Positions 20,488 through 30,152 are shown, counted from the whole stretch's first letter. The stretch: 59,458 nucleotides of DNA, filler included, from 6 parts of 6 records of this genome joined end to end with filler, not necessarily neighbours in it, one strand, 5' to 3'. Notes: generated from the sequence alone by a model not told the origin. Made by a program: numbers and translations.

Positions 20488-21064
20488 GGTTAATCCGAGA
20501 ATTCTGATATTGGATAATTACGATTCGTTTACCTTCAACCTGGTGAATGTGCTGCGCAAAGTTACAAAACAGTTTGAGGTAAGGAAAAATGATGCTATCG
20601 AATTGGAGGAAGTTAATCAGTTTGATAAAATTCTGTTTTCACCCGGGCCGGATGTACCGAGACAAAATGATTTCATGTGGCAAATTCTTGACCGGTACAA
20701 ATCTTCCAAAAGCATACTCGGCATTTGCCTGGGGTTTCAAAGTATCGGGCTGTATTTCGGTGCGAAGCTCTTTAATTTAAAGACGGTTTATCACGGCCAA
20801 ACCCGAATGATTGATAAACTTGACAAAAGCGAGTACCTGTTCAAAGATGTTCCGTCCCCATTCATTGGCGGGCTATACCACTCCTGGGGGCTTCTTGAAG
20901 ATGATTTTCCGAACGAGCTGGTCATAACAGCAAAATCGATCGAAAACCGGATCATGGCTTTGCGTCACAAATACCTGGACATTCGTGGTGTGCAATTTCA
21001 CCCAGAATCCATCATGACACCTGACGGGGAAACGATGATCAGTAATTGGGTGAAAAATTTGTGA
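20486..21064 (+). CDS. pabA: Glutamine amidotransferase of anthranilate/aminodeoxychorismate synthase (component II)
   Basis: ILILDNYDSFTFNL, SPGP, LGICLG, YHS, GVQFHPES; real start is ATG 20486 (MVNPR), not 20336. Confidence 0.85.
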   Translation: MVNPRILILDNYDSFTFNLVNVLRKVTKQFEVRKNDAIELEEVNQFDKILFSPGPDVPRQNDFMWQILDRYKSSKSILGICLGFQSIGLYFGAKLFNLKTVYHGQTRMIDKLDKSEYLFKDVPSPFIGGLYHSWGLLEDDFPNELVITAKSIENRIMALRHKYLDIRGVQFHPESIMTPDGETMISNWVKNL

Positions 21065-21189
21065 GTCAGGAGTTTTAAGTTTACCTCACCGAATATTGGT
21101 TTTGAGATGAAACTTAAAATAAACTTAATGGTTTTTGTACCTCATCCCTTAATTCTCTGGCTTATATTTGCGGGTTTTGCCACTAAATC

Positions 21190-24117
21190 ATGAGTACACA
21201 GTTTTCACTTCTCATACAGGAGCACAATAAATTCGGACAATTGCTACAACCTTTTCTTATTGAAGACCGGGGAAAGGAGCATTGTTCTATCATCGACCGC
21301 CTTGCGAAGGAGAAGATCCCGTATTATGGTGATACACTTACACAAAAGCAAATCGAAATCATTGAAATCACCAATAAATACAGCGAAAAAAACCTGGCCC
21401 GGCAGTTTTCTTCGAAGCAACTATCGGCCCGGGATTTTGTAAATAAAGTGGAACCTGATTATGTGGACCGGTTTGTGCGACCTTCTATCGAAAAAAACAT
21501 GGCCTCCTGTATTAGCATCGCACGCGATGAAAAAATACCGATCTACTACCGCGAGACAAAAAACGTGGTTTATAAAAGCGATTATGTAAAAATTGAAGAG
21601 ACTCCGGCAGAAATAGTTTTCAACTTCAGGAAACTTCCCGGCGAAACGCAGTATTTTCAAACCATCAGCCACAACGGGCAAAGTATAAACCTTAAGGACC
21701 GTGAAGGCTTTATCGTGACCAATGATCCGTGCTGGCTGATTCTCGATCAAAAGTTGTATCATTTTGAGCAGGATGTGGATGGTAAAAAATTGAAGATGTT
21801 TTTCGACAGAGATTTCATCCTTGTCCCATCCAAACATGAAAAAAAGTATTATTCAACCTTCGTAAAAAATTGCATTTTAAACTATCCTGTAAAAACCGAA
21901 GGCATCGAAATCCGTTTTCCGGAAGTGGAAAAAAAACCGGTCCTGGTGTTGGAATATGATTTTGACGGCTTGCCGGGACTATTCCTGTATTTTGATTACA
22001 ACGACAAAAAAGTGAACCCTCAGGATAAGCAACAAAAGATCATTGCTTACCGGGCGGAAGGTGAGCACCCTGTGTTTGAGCTTATGAACCGGGAAACAGA
22101 ATGGGAAAAAACATCCGCAAAAACCCTGGAGACATTGGGGCTGGCACGAGAACGTGAAAACACCTGGGTGGTGAACAACAGCCATGAAAAATATGATCTG
22201 GTGAATTGGCTTAATCACCATTCAGCTGCCTTAAAATCAGAAGGATTTGTCGTCGGACAGGATACCGGTGATGTCCGGTATTTTACCGAGACTGTGGAAA
22301 TGGCCGTTAAGGTTGCGGAACAAAACGATTGGTTTGATGTTTACGCCATTGCTAAATTTGGCAATGATTTCGAAATTCCCATCATCCAACTCCGCAAGTA
22401 TCTGCTTAACGGCATCCGTGAATTCAGGTTGCCGGATGGCAGGATTGCGATTCTGCCCGAAGACTGGTTCAGCAAATATGCCGACCTGATTTCATTTGGA
22501 GAAAAAAGCAAGGACAAAGTCAGGGTAAAAAGAGTACACATGGATTTGGTAAAACAATCGATGCAACAAACCTTTAAAATTAGCAGATCGTTAATTAACA
22601 ACGGGATTAAAGGTAAAAAAGCCACAAAGTCTGAACTTCCGGCAAACATCAAAGCAAATCTGAGAACATACCAGGAGGAAGGATTCCGCTGGCTTGATTT
22701 CATAAGAAACAGCAAACTGGGAGGCTGCCTTGCTGACGACATGGGCCTCGGAAAAACCCTGCAAACGCTGGCTGTACTTGTAAAACATTTCAACGAACAA
22801 AAGGCTAAAAACCCACAGCCGGCGAAAAAGCAAAATAAAGGACAGATTGATTTATTTTCTGAGATCGAACGAAATGAGTCACACGGTAATCCATCAATGG
22901 TTGTAATGCCCGCGTCATTGATCCATAACTGGCAGGATGAAATCAAAAAGTTTACCCCGCATATCCGTTTTCTCAACTATACAGGCCCTCACCGCCATGA
23001 AGTTTTTAGTAAGATCACGGATGCTGACCTCGTACTCACTACCTATGGAACCATCAGAAATGACTACAAAGAATTTGAAAAAATCCCATTCGATTATATC
23101 ATCCTTGATGAAAGCCAGGTAATTAAAAATCCCACATCAAAAGTGGCAAAAGCCATTTATCGCCTGGATGCCAAGCACCGGCTAACGTTAAGTGGTACGC
23201 CCATCGAAAATTCGCTTACCGACCTTTGGTCGCAAATGCATTTCCTGAACCCGGGTTTACTTGGCGAGCTAAACTTTTTTAAAAGATACTTTGCCACCCC
23301 CATCGAGAAAAATAGCGACGAGGAAAAGCAACAAAAACTTCACCTGCTCATTAAGCCGTTTTTACTGCGACGCACAAAAACCCAGGTGGAAAAAGAATTA
23401 CCGGAACTCAGCGAAGAATATGTTTACTGCGATATGGCCCCCGGCCAGCAGGACCTGTACAATAAAGAAAAGATAAGCGTCAGGAATTATATTCTCGAAA
23501 ACATAGAATTGAATGGTGTGGCGAACTCGGCAATCCTAATGCTTCAGGCGCTTACAAAACTCCGCCAACTGGCAAACCATCCATCTATGACGGAGGAAAC
23601 CTGGGAAAGTGGGTCCGGGAAATTTGATGAGGTGATCCGAAATCTTGAGACCCTGATCAGTGAGGGACACAAAGTGCTGGTGTTTTCATCTTTTGTAAAA
23701 CATCTTGAGATTTTTACAAACTATTTTGACGAAAATAAAATGAAATACTCCCTGCTCACCGGGCAATCGCGAAAACGCGCCATGATCATAAAAGAGTTCC
23801 AGACCGATCCCGAACGGAATGTGTTTTTTATTTCACTCAAAGCTGGTGGAGTCGGACTAAATTTAACGGAAGCTGAGTATGTTTTTATCCTCGACCCCTG
23901 GTGGAATCCACAGGTAGAAAACCAGGCCATCAACCGGGCCCACCGTATCGGGCAAACACGCCACGTTTTTGCCTATCGTTTTATAACCCTGGGAACCATT
24001 GAAGAAAAAATCCTTAAACTTCAACGCCGCAAAGCAGACCTGGCTGATCTGTTCATCCGTTCCGATAATCCGTTGAAAGACATGAACCTGGAGAATATTA
24101 AGGATTTGATTGAGTAA
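21190..24117 (+). CDS. SNF2-family (SWI2/SNF2) ATPase/helicase
   Basis: LADDMGLGKT, ILDESQ, LSGTPIEN, KVLVFS, SLKAGGVGLNL, DPWWNP, RAHRIGQ; TATATTTG -7 element at 21163-21170. Confidence 0.93.
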   Translation: MSTQFSLLIQEHNKFGQLLQPFLIEDRGKEHCSIIDRLAKEKIPYYGDTLTQKQIEIIEITNKYSEKNLARQFSSKQLSARDFVNKVEPDYVDRFVRPSIEKNMASCISIARDEKIPIYYRETKNVVYKSDYVKIEETPAEIVFNFRKLPGETQYFQTISHNGQSINLKDREGFIVTNDPCWLILDQKLYHFEQDVDGKKLKMFFDRDFILVPSKHEKKYYSTFVKNCILNYPVKTEGIEIRFPEVEKKPVLVLEYDFDGLPGLFLYFDYNDKKVNPQDKQQKIIAYRAEGEHPVFELMNRETEWEKTSAKTLETLGLARERENTWVVNNSHEKYDLVNWLNHHSAALKSEGFVVGQDTGDVRYFTETVEMAVKVAEQNDWFDVYAIAKFGNDFEIPIIQLRKYLLNGIREFRLPDGRIAILPEDWFSKYADLISFGEKSKDKVRVKRVHMDLVKQSMQQTFKISRSLINNGIKGKKATKSELPANIKANLRTYQEEGFRWLDFIRNSKLGGCLADDMGLGKTLQTLAVLVKHFNEQKAKNPQPAKKQNKGQIDLFSEIERNESHGNPSMVVMPASLIHNWQDEIKKFTPHIRFLNYTGPHRHEVFSKITDADLVLTTYGTIRNDYKEFEKIPFDYIILDESQVIKNPTSKVAKAIYRLDAKHRLTLSGTPIENSLTDLWSQMHFLNPGLLGELNFFKRYFATPIEKNSDEEKQQKLHLLIKPFLLRRTKTQVEKELPELSEEYVYCDMAPGQQDLYNKEKISVRNYILENIELNGVANSAILMLQALTKLRQLANHPSMTEETWESGSGKFDEVIRNLETLISEGHKVLVFSSFVKHLEIFTNYFDENKMKYSLLTGQSRKRAMIIKEFQTDPERNVFFISLKAGGVGLNLTEAEYVFILDPWWNPQVENQAINRAHRIGQTRHVFAYRFITLGTIEEKILKLQRRKADLADLFIRSDNPLKDMNLENIKDLIE

Positions 24118-24346
24118 ATCGATGGGTTGAATTTAACCAAAATCTTGTAAGGCCTGGCATCTGTTACATCTGAATTTTTTAGACACAAATAAACAGAAGC
24201 ACACACTAAAGTCGTAACGTATGCTACGACCAACTTCGGGCGTTTTTATGGCAATTAACAAAATGCTGTTGCTTTCAAACCGTTTCCTGATTTACCCGAA
24301 ATTCTCCAAAAAAGAATTTTACTTTTGTTAGGTTAAACAGCACCGT

Positions 24347-25408
24347 ATGAAAAACCGGGTTCGATTTTATTTTTCTCTTCTCCTTGTGGTTTTAATCGTC
24401 TTCTCCTGCCGAAAAACGGCCTTTCAGGTGGTTTACCCTTCGCTGAACGATGGCCGTTATGATAGTGAATTTCCCTACCGCAACAGCTCAGAGGAGTTGG
24501 ATAGAATTTCCAAATCAGTAAAAAAATTGTACTGCCTGGTTGAATATGATCGCTACCATTTTAATTTTGAACAACGAATTACGCTTCAGGACCTTAAAGA
24601 AATCAAGCTTCGAAGGACAGCGATAAACAAAGGATTTTTCAGCGAATCGGTACACGGTACAGCTACCATTGTCAAGAATGAAAACAACCGGATTGTTGTT
24701 CTTACCTGTGCGCACATCATTGATTATCCGGATACTATTTATTCGCATTTTCTTGATAATCAAAATAACGAAACTGCAATTTTGGAAAGCGTTTCTGTAA
24801 AAAGGAAGCAAAGCAACTTCATTCGTGAACTTCCCGATAATGGCAATCTTGAAATTATATTTTCAGATAATGAGTTGGATGTTGCATTTCTTGGAAACAC
24901 TTTTGATGAAACCTACAGCTCAGCACATCCGGTTTTTTCATATCCTGTTGGCGAACCCAGGGATTTGGAGTGGGGCAGTTTTGTTTACATCATGGGCTTC
25001 CCGGCCGGCCACCAGATGGTGACACGTGGAATTGTGAGCAACCCAAAGGTGAACAACAAGGGCGAATTCCTGATTGATGCGTTGTTTAACCAGGGAATTA
25101 GTGGTGGAATTGTTCTGGCTATACGCGACGGTGTACCCAATTTTGAATTGATTGGCATTGCCAAATCTGTATCAGCCAATTATAAAAACGTCCTGAAACC
25201 GGTTCACGAAAGCTACCAGGAGATGTATAACCCCAATATCCCATACGAGGACAATTTGTATGTTAAAGTTGAAAAAGACATCAACTATGGGGTAACTTTC
25301 ACCATTTCAATCGGAGAAATCCGCAATCTTTATTACCTCAACCGGGATGAATTTGTTATCCGTGGTGCCAACCTGGACAGTTTTTTCAGCAATTACGGTA
25401 AGAAATAA
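24347..25408 (+). CDS. Trypsin-like serine peptidase (S1) lipoprotein
   Basis: Lipobox VFSC; LTCAH (His), ELDVA (Asp), NQGISGG (Ser). Confidence 0.75.
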   Translation: MKNRVRFYFSLLLVVLIVFSCRKTAFQVVYPSLNDGRYDSEFPYRNSSEELDRISKSVKKLYCLVEYDRYHFNFEQRITLQDLKEIKLRRTAINKGFFSESVHGTATIVKNENNRIVVLTCAHIIDYPDTIYSHFLDNQNNETAILESVSVKRKQSNFIRELPDNGNLEIIFSDNELDVAFLGNTFDETYSSAHPVFSYPVGEPRDLEWGSFVYIMGFPAGHQMVTRGIVSNPKVNNKGEFLIDALFNQGISGGIVLAIRDGVPNFELIGIAKSVSANYKNVLKPVHESYQEMYNPNIPYEDNLYVKVEKDINYGVTFTISIGEIRNLYYLNRDEFVIRGANLDSFFSNYGKK

Positions 25409-25559
25409 CCACCCCGATGTGTGGATAAGGGTGGTTAGGGGTTTTATCTGTTAATGTAAGCTAGTTGATATGCCCTGAAAATAGCCTTTATGTATGGGTT
25501 ACGATCATGCTGTATAAAAAATCAATACTGTCTCACTAAATACAGATTGTTGAAATCAG

Positions 25560-25593
25560 GTTCTTCGCTTCACTTCGTTTCGCTCAGAATGAC
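25560..25593. repeat. REP-like repeat remnant at contig end
   Basis: TTCTTCGCTTCACTTCGTTTCGCTCAGAATGAC resembles a common dispersed intergenic repeat (recalled, not searched); single copy in this window. Confidence 0.4.
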
Positions 25594-25641
25594 ATTTGAA
25601 TAGACAATAATGTGAGGTGGGGGGGGGGGGGGGGGGGGGGG

Positions 25642-25741
25642 NNNNNNNNNNNNNNNNNNNNNNNNNNNNNNNNNNNNNNNNNNNNTTAATTAATTAANNN
25701 NNNNNNNNNNNNNNNNNNNNNNNNNNNNNNNNNNNNNNNNN
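25642..25741. other. Artificial contig spacer 1
   Basis: N44-TTAATTAATTAA-N44; stop codons in all six frames. Confidence 0.98.
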
Positions 25742-25880
25742 GGCCCCTTTTAGGGGCCTTCCTCAGCCGCCAGATCTTTCGGTGGTTACTGATTTCTCAT
25801 GCCCACTCTCCCCCATTCCTTGACAACCCTTGCCACTCCCCGGTAAGCTGCCCCATACCCCAATACCAAAGAGGCTGCAA

Positions 25881-26408
25881 ATGGAAACCGAAAAGCGAGA
25901 CATACTCAAGCCCCTGGTGCATCCAACCGTATTCATTGCCGAAGGCGCCCGTATTTACGGGGACGTGATAATTGATCGGGATTCAAGCATCTGGTTCAAC
26001 GCCGTAATCAGGGGCGACGAAGGCCGGATAAATATAGGCCGGCAGGTGAATGTTCAGGACAATGTCGTCATCCACAGCGACCTTATGGAAGAAGTCCGAA
26101 TAGGAGACCAGGTTACAATAGGCCACGGGTCGGTGCTGCGGAGTTGCCATATCGGGTCAAACGTCATGGTCGGGATGAATTCCACCATCATGACGCATGC
26201 GGAAATCGGGGAAAATTCCATTGTGGGAGCCAATACCCTGGTTCCCTATCACAAGAAATTCCCTCCACGATCAATGATTATGGGTTCGCCGGCCCGGCTG
26301 GTCAGGGAGTTGACCGAAGAAGAAGTCGGTATGAACGTGGTATCCATCAAGGTGTACAAGGATTTGGTCGAGCTTTATTCCAGCGGCAGGATTGTAGGGC
26401 ATAAATAA
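25881..26408 (+). CDS. Gamma-carbonic anhydrase-like / YrdA hexapeptide-repeat protein
   Basis: IWFNAVIRGD, NVQDNVVIH, TIGH; left-handed beta-helix repeats; ATG 25881 preferred as start; TTGACA-18-TAAGCT upstream. Confidence 0.88.
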   Translation: METEKRDILKPLVHPTVFIAEGARIYGDVIIDRDSSIWFNAVIRGDEGRINIGRQVNVQDNVVIHSDLMEEVRIGDQVTIGHGSVLRSCHIGSNVMVGMNSTIMTHAEIGENSIVGANTLVPYHKKFPPRSMIMGSPARLVRELTEEEVGMNVVSIKVYKDLVELYSSGRIVGHK

Positions 26409-26438
26409 AACACCCCGCGGATTATTGCGGGGTTGTTT
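26407..26438. terminator. Probable bidirectional terminator between convergent genes
   Basis: AAAACACCCCGCGG-ATTA-TTGCGGGGTTGTTT. Confidence 0.55.
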
Positions 26439-26452
26439 AATAAGGAATGAAT

Positions 26453-28504
26453 TTAACGCAATACGTTATCGGCATGACCGACGCCGTCGTTATTATTCTT
26501 CCGGTCGCACGTAATCCGGACTTCACGAAGAAGACTGTTAAGGCGATAAGGCTTGGATATAAACCCGGCCGCGCCCGATTCAAGGCAGGTTTTAATCTGT
26601 TCGTCGGCTGAATAACCGCTGGCGATTATTACCTGCGCTCTAGGATCAATGGTCAGAATCCGTCTTAAACAGGCGTGGCCGCCGATGCCGGGCATTCCCA
26701 GGTCCATGATCACCAGGTCTATTTCCCGGCCCATTTCCTCGTATATTTCAAGAGCTCTTTCGCCGCTGTCCGCCAGAAAAGTCTTGTATCCATGCTTCTT
26801 AAGCACTTCGTCGGCAATTTCCAGTACGGAATGTTCATCATCCACCAGCAACAATGTTTCCTGGCCGCCTTCCACTTCGTGGACATGCATATTATGGCCG
26901 GATGTCAAAGCCGCGGTCGATTCGGCCGAAAGCGGCAGATAAATCCTGAACATTGCTCCTTTGCCGGTTATGCTTTCGCAGGTAATGTGGCCCTTATGAG
27001 CCTTGACAATGCCGTAGACCGTGGACAACCCCAATCCCGTGCCCTTGCCCATAACCTTGGTGGTGTAAAAAGGCTCGAAAATATGCTGCAATGCATTTTC
27101 ATCAATACCTTCTCCGGTGTCTGATACGCATAGCAGTGCATACTCTCCCGGATGCAAGTCCGGGTGGGCCTGGCAGAAATCTTCTCCTAAACTTTCTATG
27201 CGAGTGCTGATGGTAAGCCGTCCCCCCCTGGGCATGGCGTCGCGTGAATTAGCCCCCATATTCATGATTATCTGTTCGAGCTGATTTGCATCGCCGTCCA
27301 CAATAATTCTATCCCTGGAAAGATCGGTCTCTATTCTGACCATCTTGGGTATGGTCCGGTCCAGTATTTTAACCGCCCTTATTACTTCCAGGTTCAGGTT
27401 GACGGGTTGAAGCTCGGGCTTGACCTTACGGCTGAAAGTAAGAAGCCTCTGAACCAGGTCCGATGCACGCTCAACAGCAAGATCCGCTTCCACCAAATGA
27501 TTCAAACTGCCGGGATCGAGATTTACCTTCTGTAAAACCAGATGAATATAGCCGGATATCGCCTGCAGGATATTGTTAAAATCATGCGCGATCCCGCTGG
27601 CCAAAGTCCCCACGGCTTCCATTTTCTGGGATTGAAAAAGGTGTTCCTCCAACCGCCTCAGGTCTCGCTCTGCCTGCTTTCGCTCGGTAATATCAATGAT
27701 TGAAGCCATAATTCCAATCTGGTTGGATTTCGTATCCTCTATCAAGGAAGCCGTCAACTCGATCTCGCAAACCACCCCCTCGGAAGGTTCAATTACAAGC
27801 TCGCCCCGATACCCCTTTCGACGCCCCTTTTTTACAGCCTCGATTCCCTCAAGGATTTTTTCGTCCTGCCAGAAGTTTTCAATATTTTTCCCAAGCAGGT
27901 CTTCCGGCGCCTCGCAGCCCCAAAGAGCTATGAAAGCTGGATTTACATACGTGACTAGGCCGTCCAGGTTTGTTAGAACTATGCCGTTTATAGAGGTGTT
28001 GATCGAATATTCCTTTATAAACAGTTCATGCCGCTGACTTTCCAGGGCCGCGGTCAGGGCCTGCCTGAGCTGCTCCTGCTGTTGGAGAATCCGCGTCCGG
28101 TTCTCTTCCATAAAGCCCATGAGAACCGAACAACTGTAAACGGCGCAGACCTCCACGCTTTTATACAAAAGATCGTGGCCGTTTTCTTTCAGATAATCCC
28201 AACAAAACCGTCGCAGCACATCCCCTATGGCCAACACGCTCTTTTCCCCCAATCCCTCGCGGGAATGGGACTCGCCGTGTTTTAGTAGGGCGCTCTCATC
28301 CGGTTCGAGCAGAAAAGCGATAAAACTAGCGGATTCCTGCTCCGCAATCTCCCTGAGACGTCTTGGATGAAGGCCGTGCCGATTTTCAAAAGCCAGCTCC
28401 ATCAACTTAACAGTCAGGCGCTCGATCAGATCCGAACCATGTCCGGAAACTTTCTCATGAATCTCTGTCAGCTCGTCGGAATAAAATCTGTTATTAAGCG
28501 GCAT
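26453..28504 (-). CDS. Hybrid sensor histidine kinase (helical N-domain, PAS, HisKA, HATPase, REC), cytoplasmic
   Basis: PAS (NGIVLTNLDGLVTYVNPAF), GIAHDFNNIL H-box, NSRDAM, DTGEG, PFYTTK, GTGLGL, REC (LVDDE...IMDLGMPG...KP); no TM helix. Confidence 0.93.
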   Translation of the reverse strand: MPLNNRFYSDELTEIHEKVSGHGSDLIERLTVKLMELAFENRHGLHPRRLREIAEQESASFIAFLLEPDESALLKHGESHSREGLGEKSVLAIGDVLRRFCWDYLKENGHDLLYKSVEVCAVYSCSVLMGFMEENRTRILQQQEQLRQALTAALESQRHELFIKEYSINTSINGIVLTNLDGLVTYVNPAFIALWGCEAPEDLLGKNIENFWQDEKILEGIEAVKKGRRKGYRGELVIEPSEGVVCEIELTASLIEDTKSNQIGIMASIIDITERKQAERDLRRLEEHLFQSQKMEAVGTLASGIAHDFNNILQAISGYIHLVLQKVNLDPGSLNHLVEADLAVERASDLVQRLLTFSRKVKPELQPVNLNLEVIRAVKILDRTIPKMVRIETDLSRDRIIVDGDANQLEQIIMNMGANSRDAMPRGGRLTISTRIESLGEDFCQAHPDLHPGEYALLCVSDTGEGIDENALQHIFEPFYTTKVMGKGTGLGLSTVYGIVKAHKGHITCESITGKGAMFRIYLPLSAESTAALTSGHNMHVHEVEGGQETLLLVDDEHSVLEIADEVLKKHGYKTFLADSGERALEIYEEMGREIDLVIMDLGMPGIGGHACLRRILTIDPRAQVIIASGYSADEQIKTCLESGAAGFISKPYRLNSLLREVRITCDRKNNNDGVGHADNVLR

Positions 28505-28763
28505 GAGAAAAACCTTTTCACAATTAAGCGTCCACCCGGAAATCAGGAACTCTTTCCAGGGTCGGGAAAAACTGAAATCATTACCACAGACATTTTCAAG
28601 TTGGTTTTCACGAAACGATTATTAACAACATACCAGTCCGCCGACAGGCAGCCGGACGCATTTTTCGAGGATTAAATTTGGACCCCGACATTTATCCGCC
28701 ATGGGCGGATTCAACCGACGGAACGGAAAGAAGTTGTTATAAACAATCGTTATCAGGCGGACG

Positions 28764-29567
28764 CTACTTAGCCAATATGACGCCATAAAACCCTCGGCCG
28801 CCCCATTCTTCAATCTCTTTTTCCGTGATTTCGCGGCCAACGCCGACCCACTCATCCAAATACATGGGCCCCGGTTCTTCCACACGCCAGGGCTGAGCCA
28901 ACTCAAAGAGCTTTTCCTTGGTGCGAATATAGATGGGCTGACCTATGCCGGCGTAAAAATCAAATACAACCTTAAGCGAATCCGAAGTTTCAGATGCATA
29001 TGCATCCGCATCGCAGATAAAAAGGCGGGACCCCTCTGCGGCCCAGTCATATAGCGTTTTTAATGAATGTTGCATCTGGTCGTCCGTAAGGAAGTAAGCC
29101 ACGCCGTTGATGCCGATGACAACCTGGCGTTCGTCCCCGAACAACTCCTTTGTGGCGCTGGAGTTCAGGACGGTTTCAGGCTTGGCCGCATCCCCCTCAA
29201 GATATTTGACATCGGCGTTGTCGCCCAAAATATCCCTGCCGTATTGAACGGTCACGGGATCGATATCGGAATAGATCACCTTTGACCCCGACGGAGCGAT
29301 CTGGTGAATATGGTCCTGCACAGGCAACCCGGAAGCAAAATCAAGAAACCTGGTGTGCCCCTGTTTGGCCAGGCGCATGGCCGCTTCACCCAGAAACCAG
29401 CGAATAAGACGTAAAGTGTGCGGCATAAAAGGCGCCATCTCCAGAACCTTTTGCGCCGCCTGCCGGTCTACTTCAAAATTATGATGCCCGCCGATTAAAT
29501 AGTCGTAGATCCTTCCCGCGTTGGGGACTGTAGGATCGGCAATGCTTAACGTCTTCTTGTCATTCAT
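28764..29567 (-). CDS. SAM-dependent methyltransferase, DUF574/Methyltransf_19 family
   Basis: PNAGRIYDYLIGGHHNFEVDR family signature, FLDFASGLP motif I, YSDIDP, EPG; RBS AAGAGGAA. Confidence 0.88.
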   Translation of the reverse strand: MNDKKTLSIADPTVPNAGRIYDYLIGGHHNFEVDRQAAQKVLEMAPFMPHTLRLIRWFLGEAAMRLAKQGHTRFLDFASGLPVQDHIHQIAPSGSKVIYSDIDPVTVQYGRDILGDNADVKYLEGDAAKPETVLNSSATKELFGDERQVVIGINGVAYFLTDDQMQHSLKTLYDWAAEGSRLFICDADAYASETSDSLKVVFDFYAGIGQPIYIRTKEKLFELAQPWRVEEPGPMYLDEWVGVGREITEKEIEEWGGRGFYGVILAK

Positions 29568-29667
29568 TTACTATTCCTCTTCTTAGTGAATGTTAGCGTG
29601 AACCCATGAACAATGTACTTATCCCTCTAACCTAATAATCCGGTAACAAAACTGATATTAGATCTAG

Positions 29668-29684
29668 TGCAAAAAAAGCGCCAA
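29668..29684 (-). promoter_or_regulatory. sigma54 (-24/-12) promoter for the methyltransferase gene
   Basis: Minus strand TTGGCGCTTTTTTTGCA: GG-N10-GC with exact spacing, about 100 nt upstream of ATG 29567. Confidence 0.75.
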
Positions 29685-29701
29685 ATATCGCCGAATGTAT
29701 T

Positions 29702-29714
29702 TATCAACGGATTA
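29702..29714 (+). promoter_or_regulatory. Candidate IHF binding site
   Basis: TATCAACGGATTA matches WATCAANNNNTTR exactly, in an AT-rich tract just upstream of the -24 element. Confidence 0.55.
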
Positions 29715-30152
29715 TAGAAATATAATTCAAAAAAATCAATAAATATCACGTACAAGTAGCAATCGCCCGCCGAACGGCAAGGCAGGCTGAAATGTTATCA
29801 TTACAGATGCACTATAAATGTAATATTTTGTAACAGCTTGCATATGCTTAAAATAGACTTGTTCCGCCTATTTTACACTTAACGACGCCCGCCCGGTTTA
29901 TCTTTAAATTTTTGTACGATTTAAACAACTTAAACCGAATATAAACAAACACTTTCCGAGCCCGGTTTCTTAAAAACCAATATGGTGTATATCAAATTTC
30001 CAGAAAGAGCATTCTTGAGATGGCGCCCAAATATGTTATTTCTTAAAAGGGAAGGCCAGTTATTTGGGTTGCATCAAAACCCGGTCAATGTCATAAAAAC
30101 ACCGGGAAGGCATTAGGCCTTACCCGGAAAATTGCCGGACCATGATTGAAAA

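Noticed and set aside
21190-24117. SNF2 ATPase as part of an anti-phage system
   Set aside because: Standalone gene among housekeeping genes, with no methylase, nuclease or other defence partner nearby.
25619-25641. 23-nt poly-G run (possible G-quadruplex or phase-variation tract)
   Set aside because: It sits at the contig end; typical two-colour Illumina no-signal artefact.
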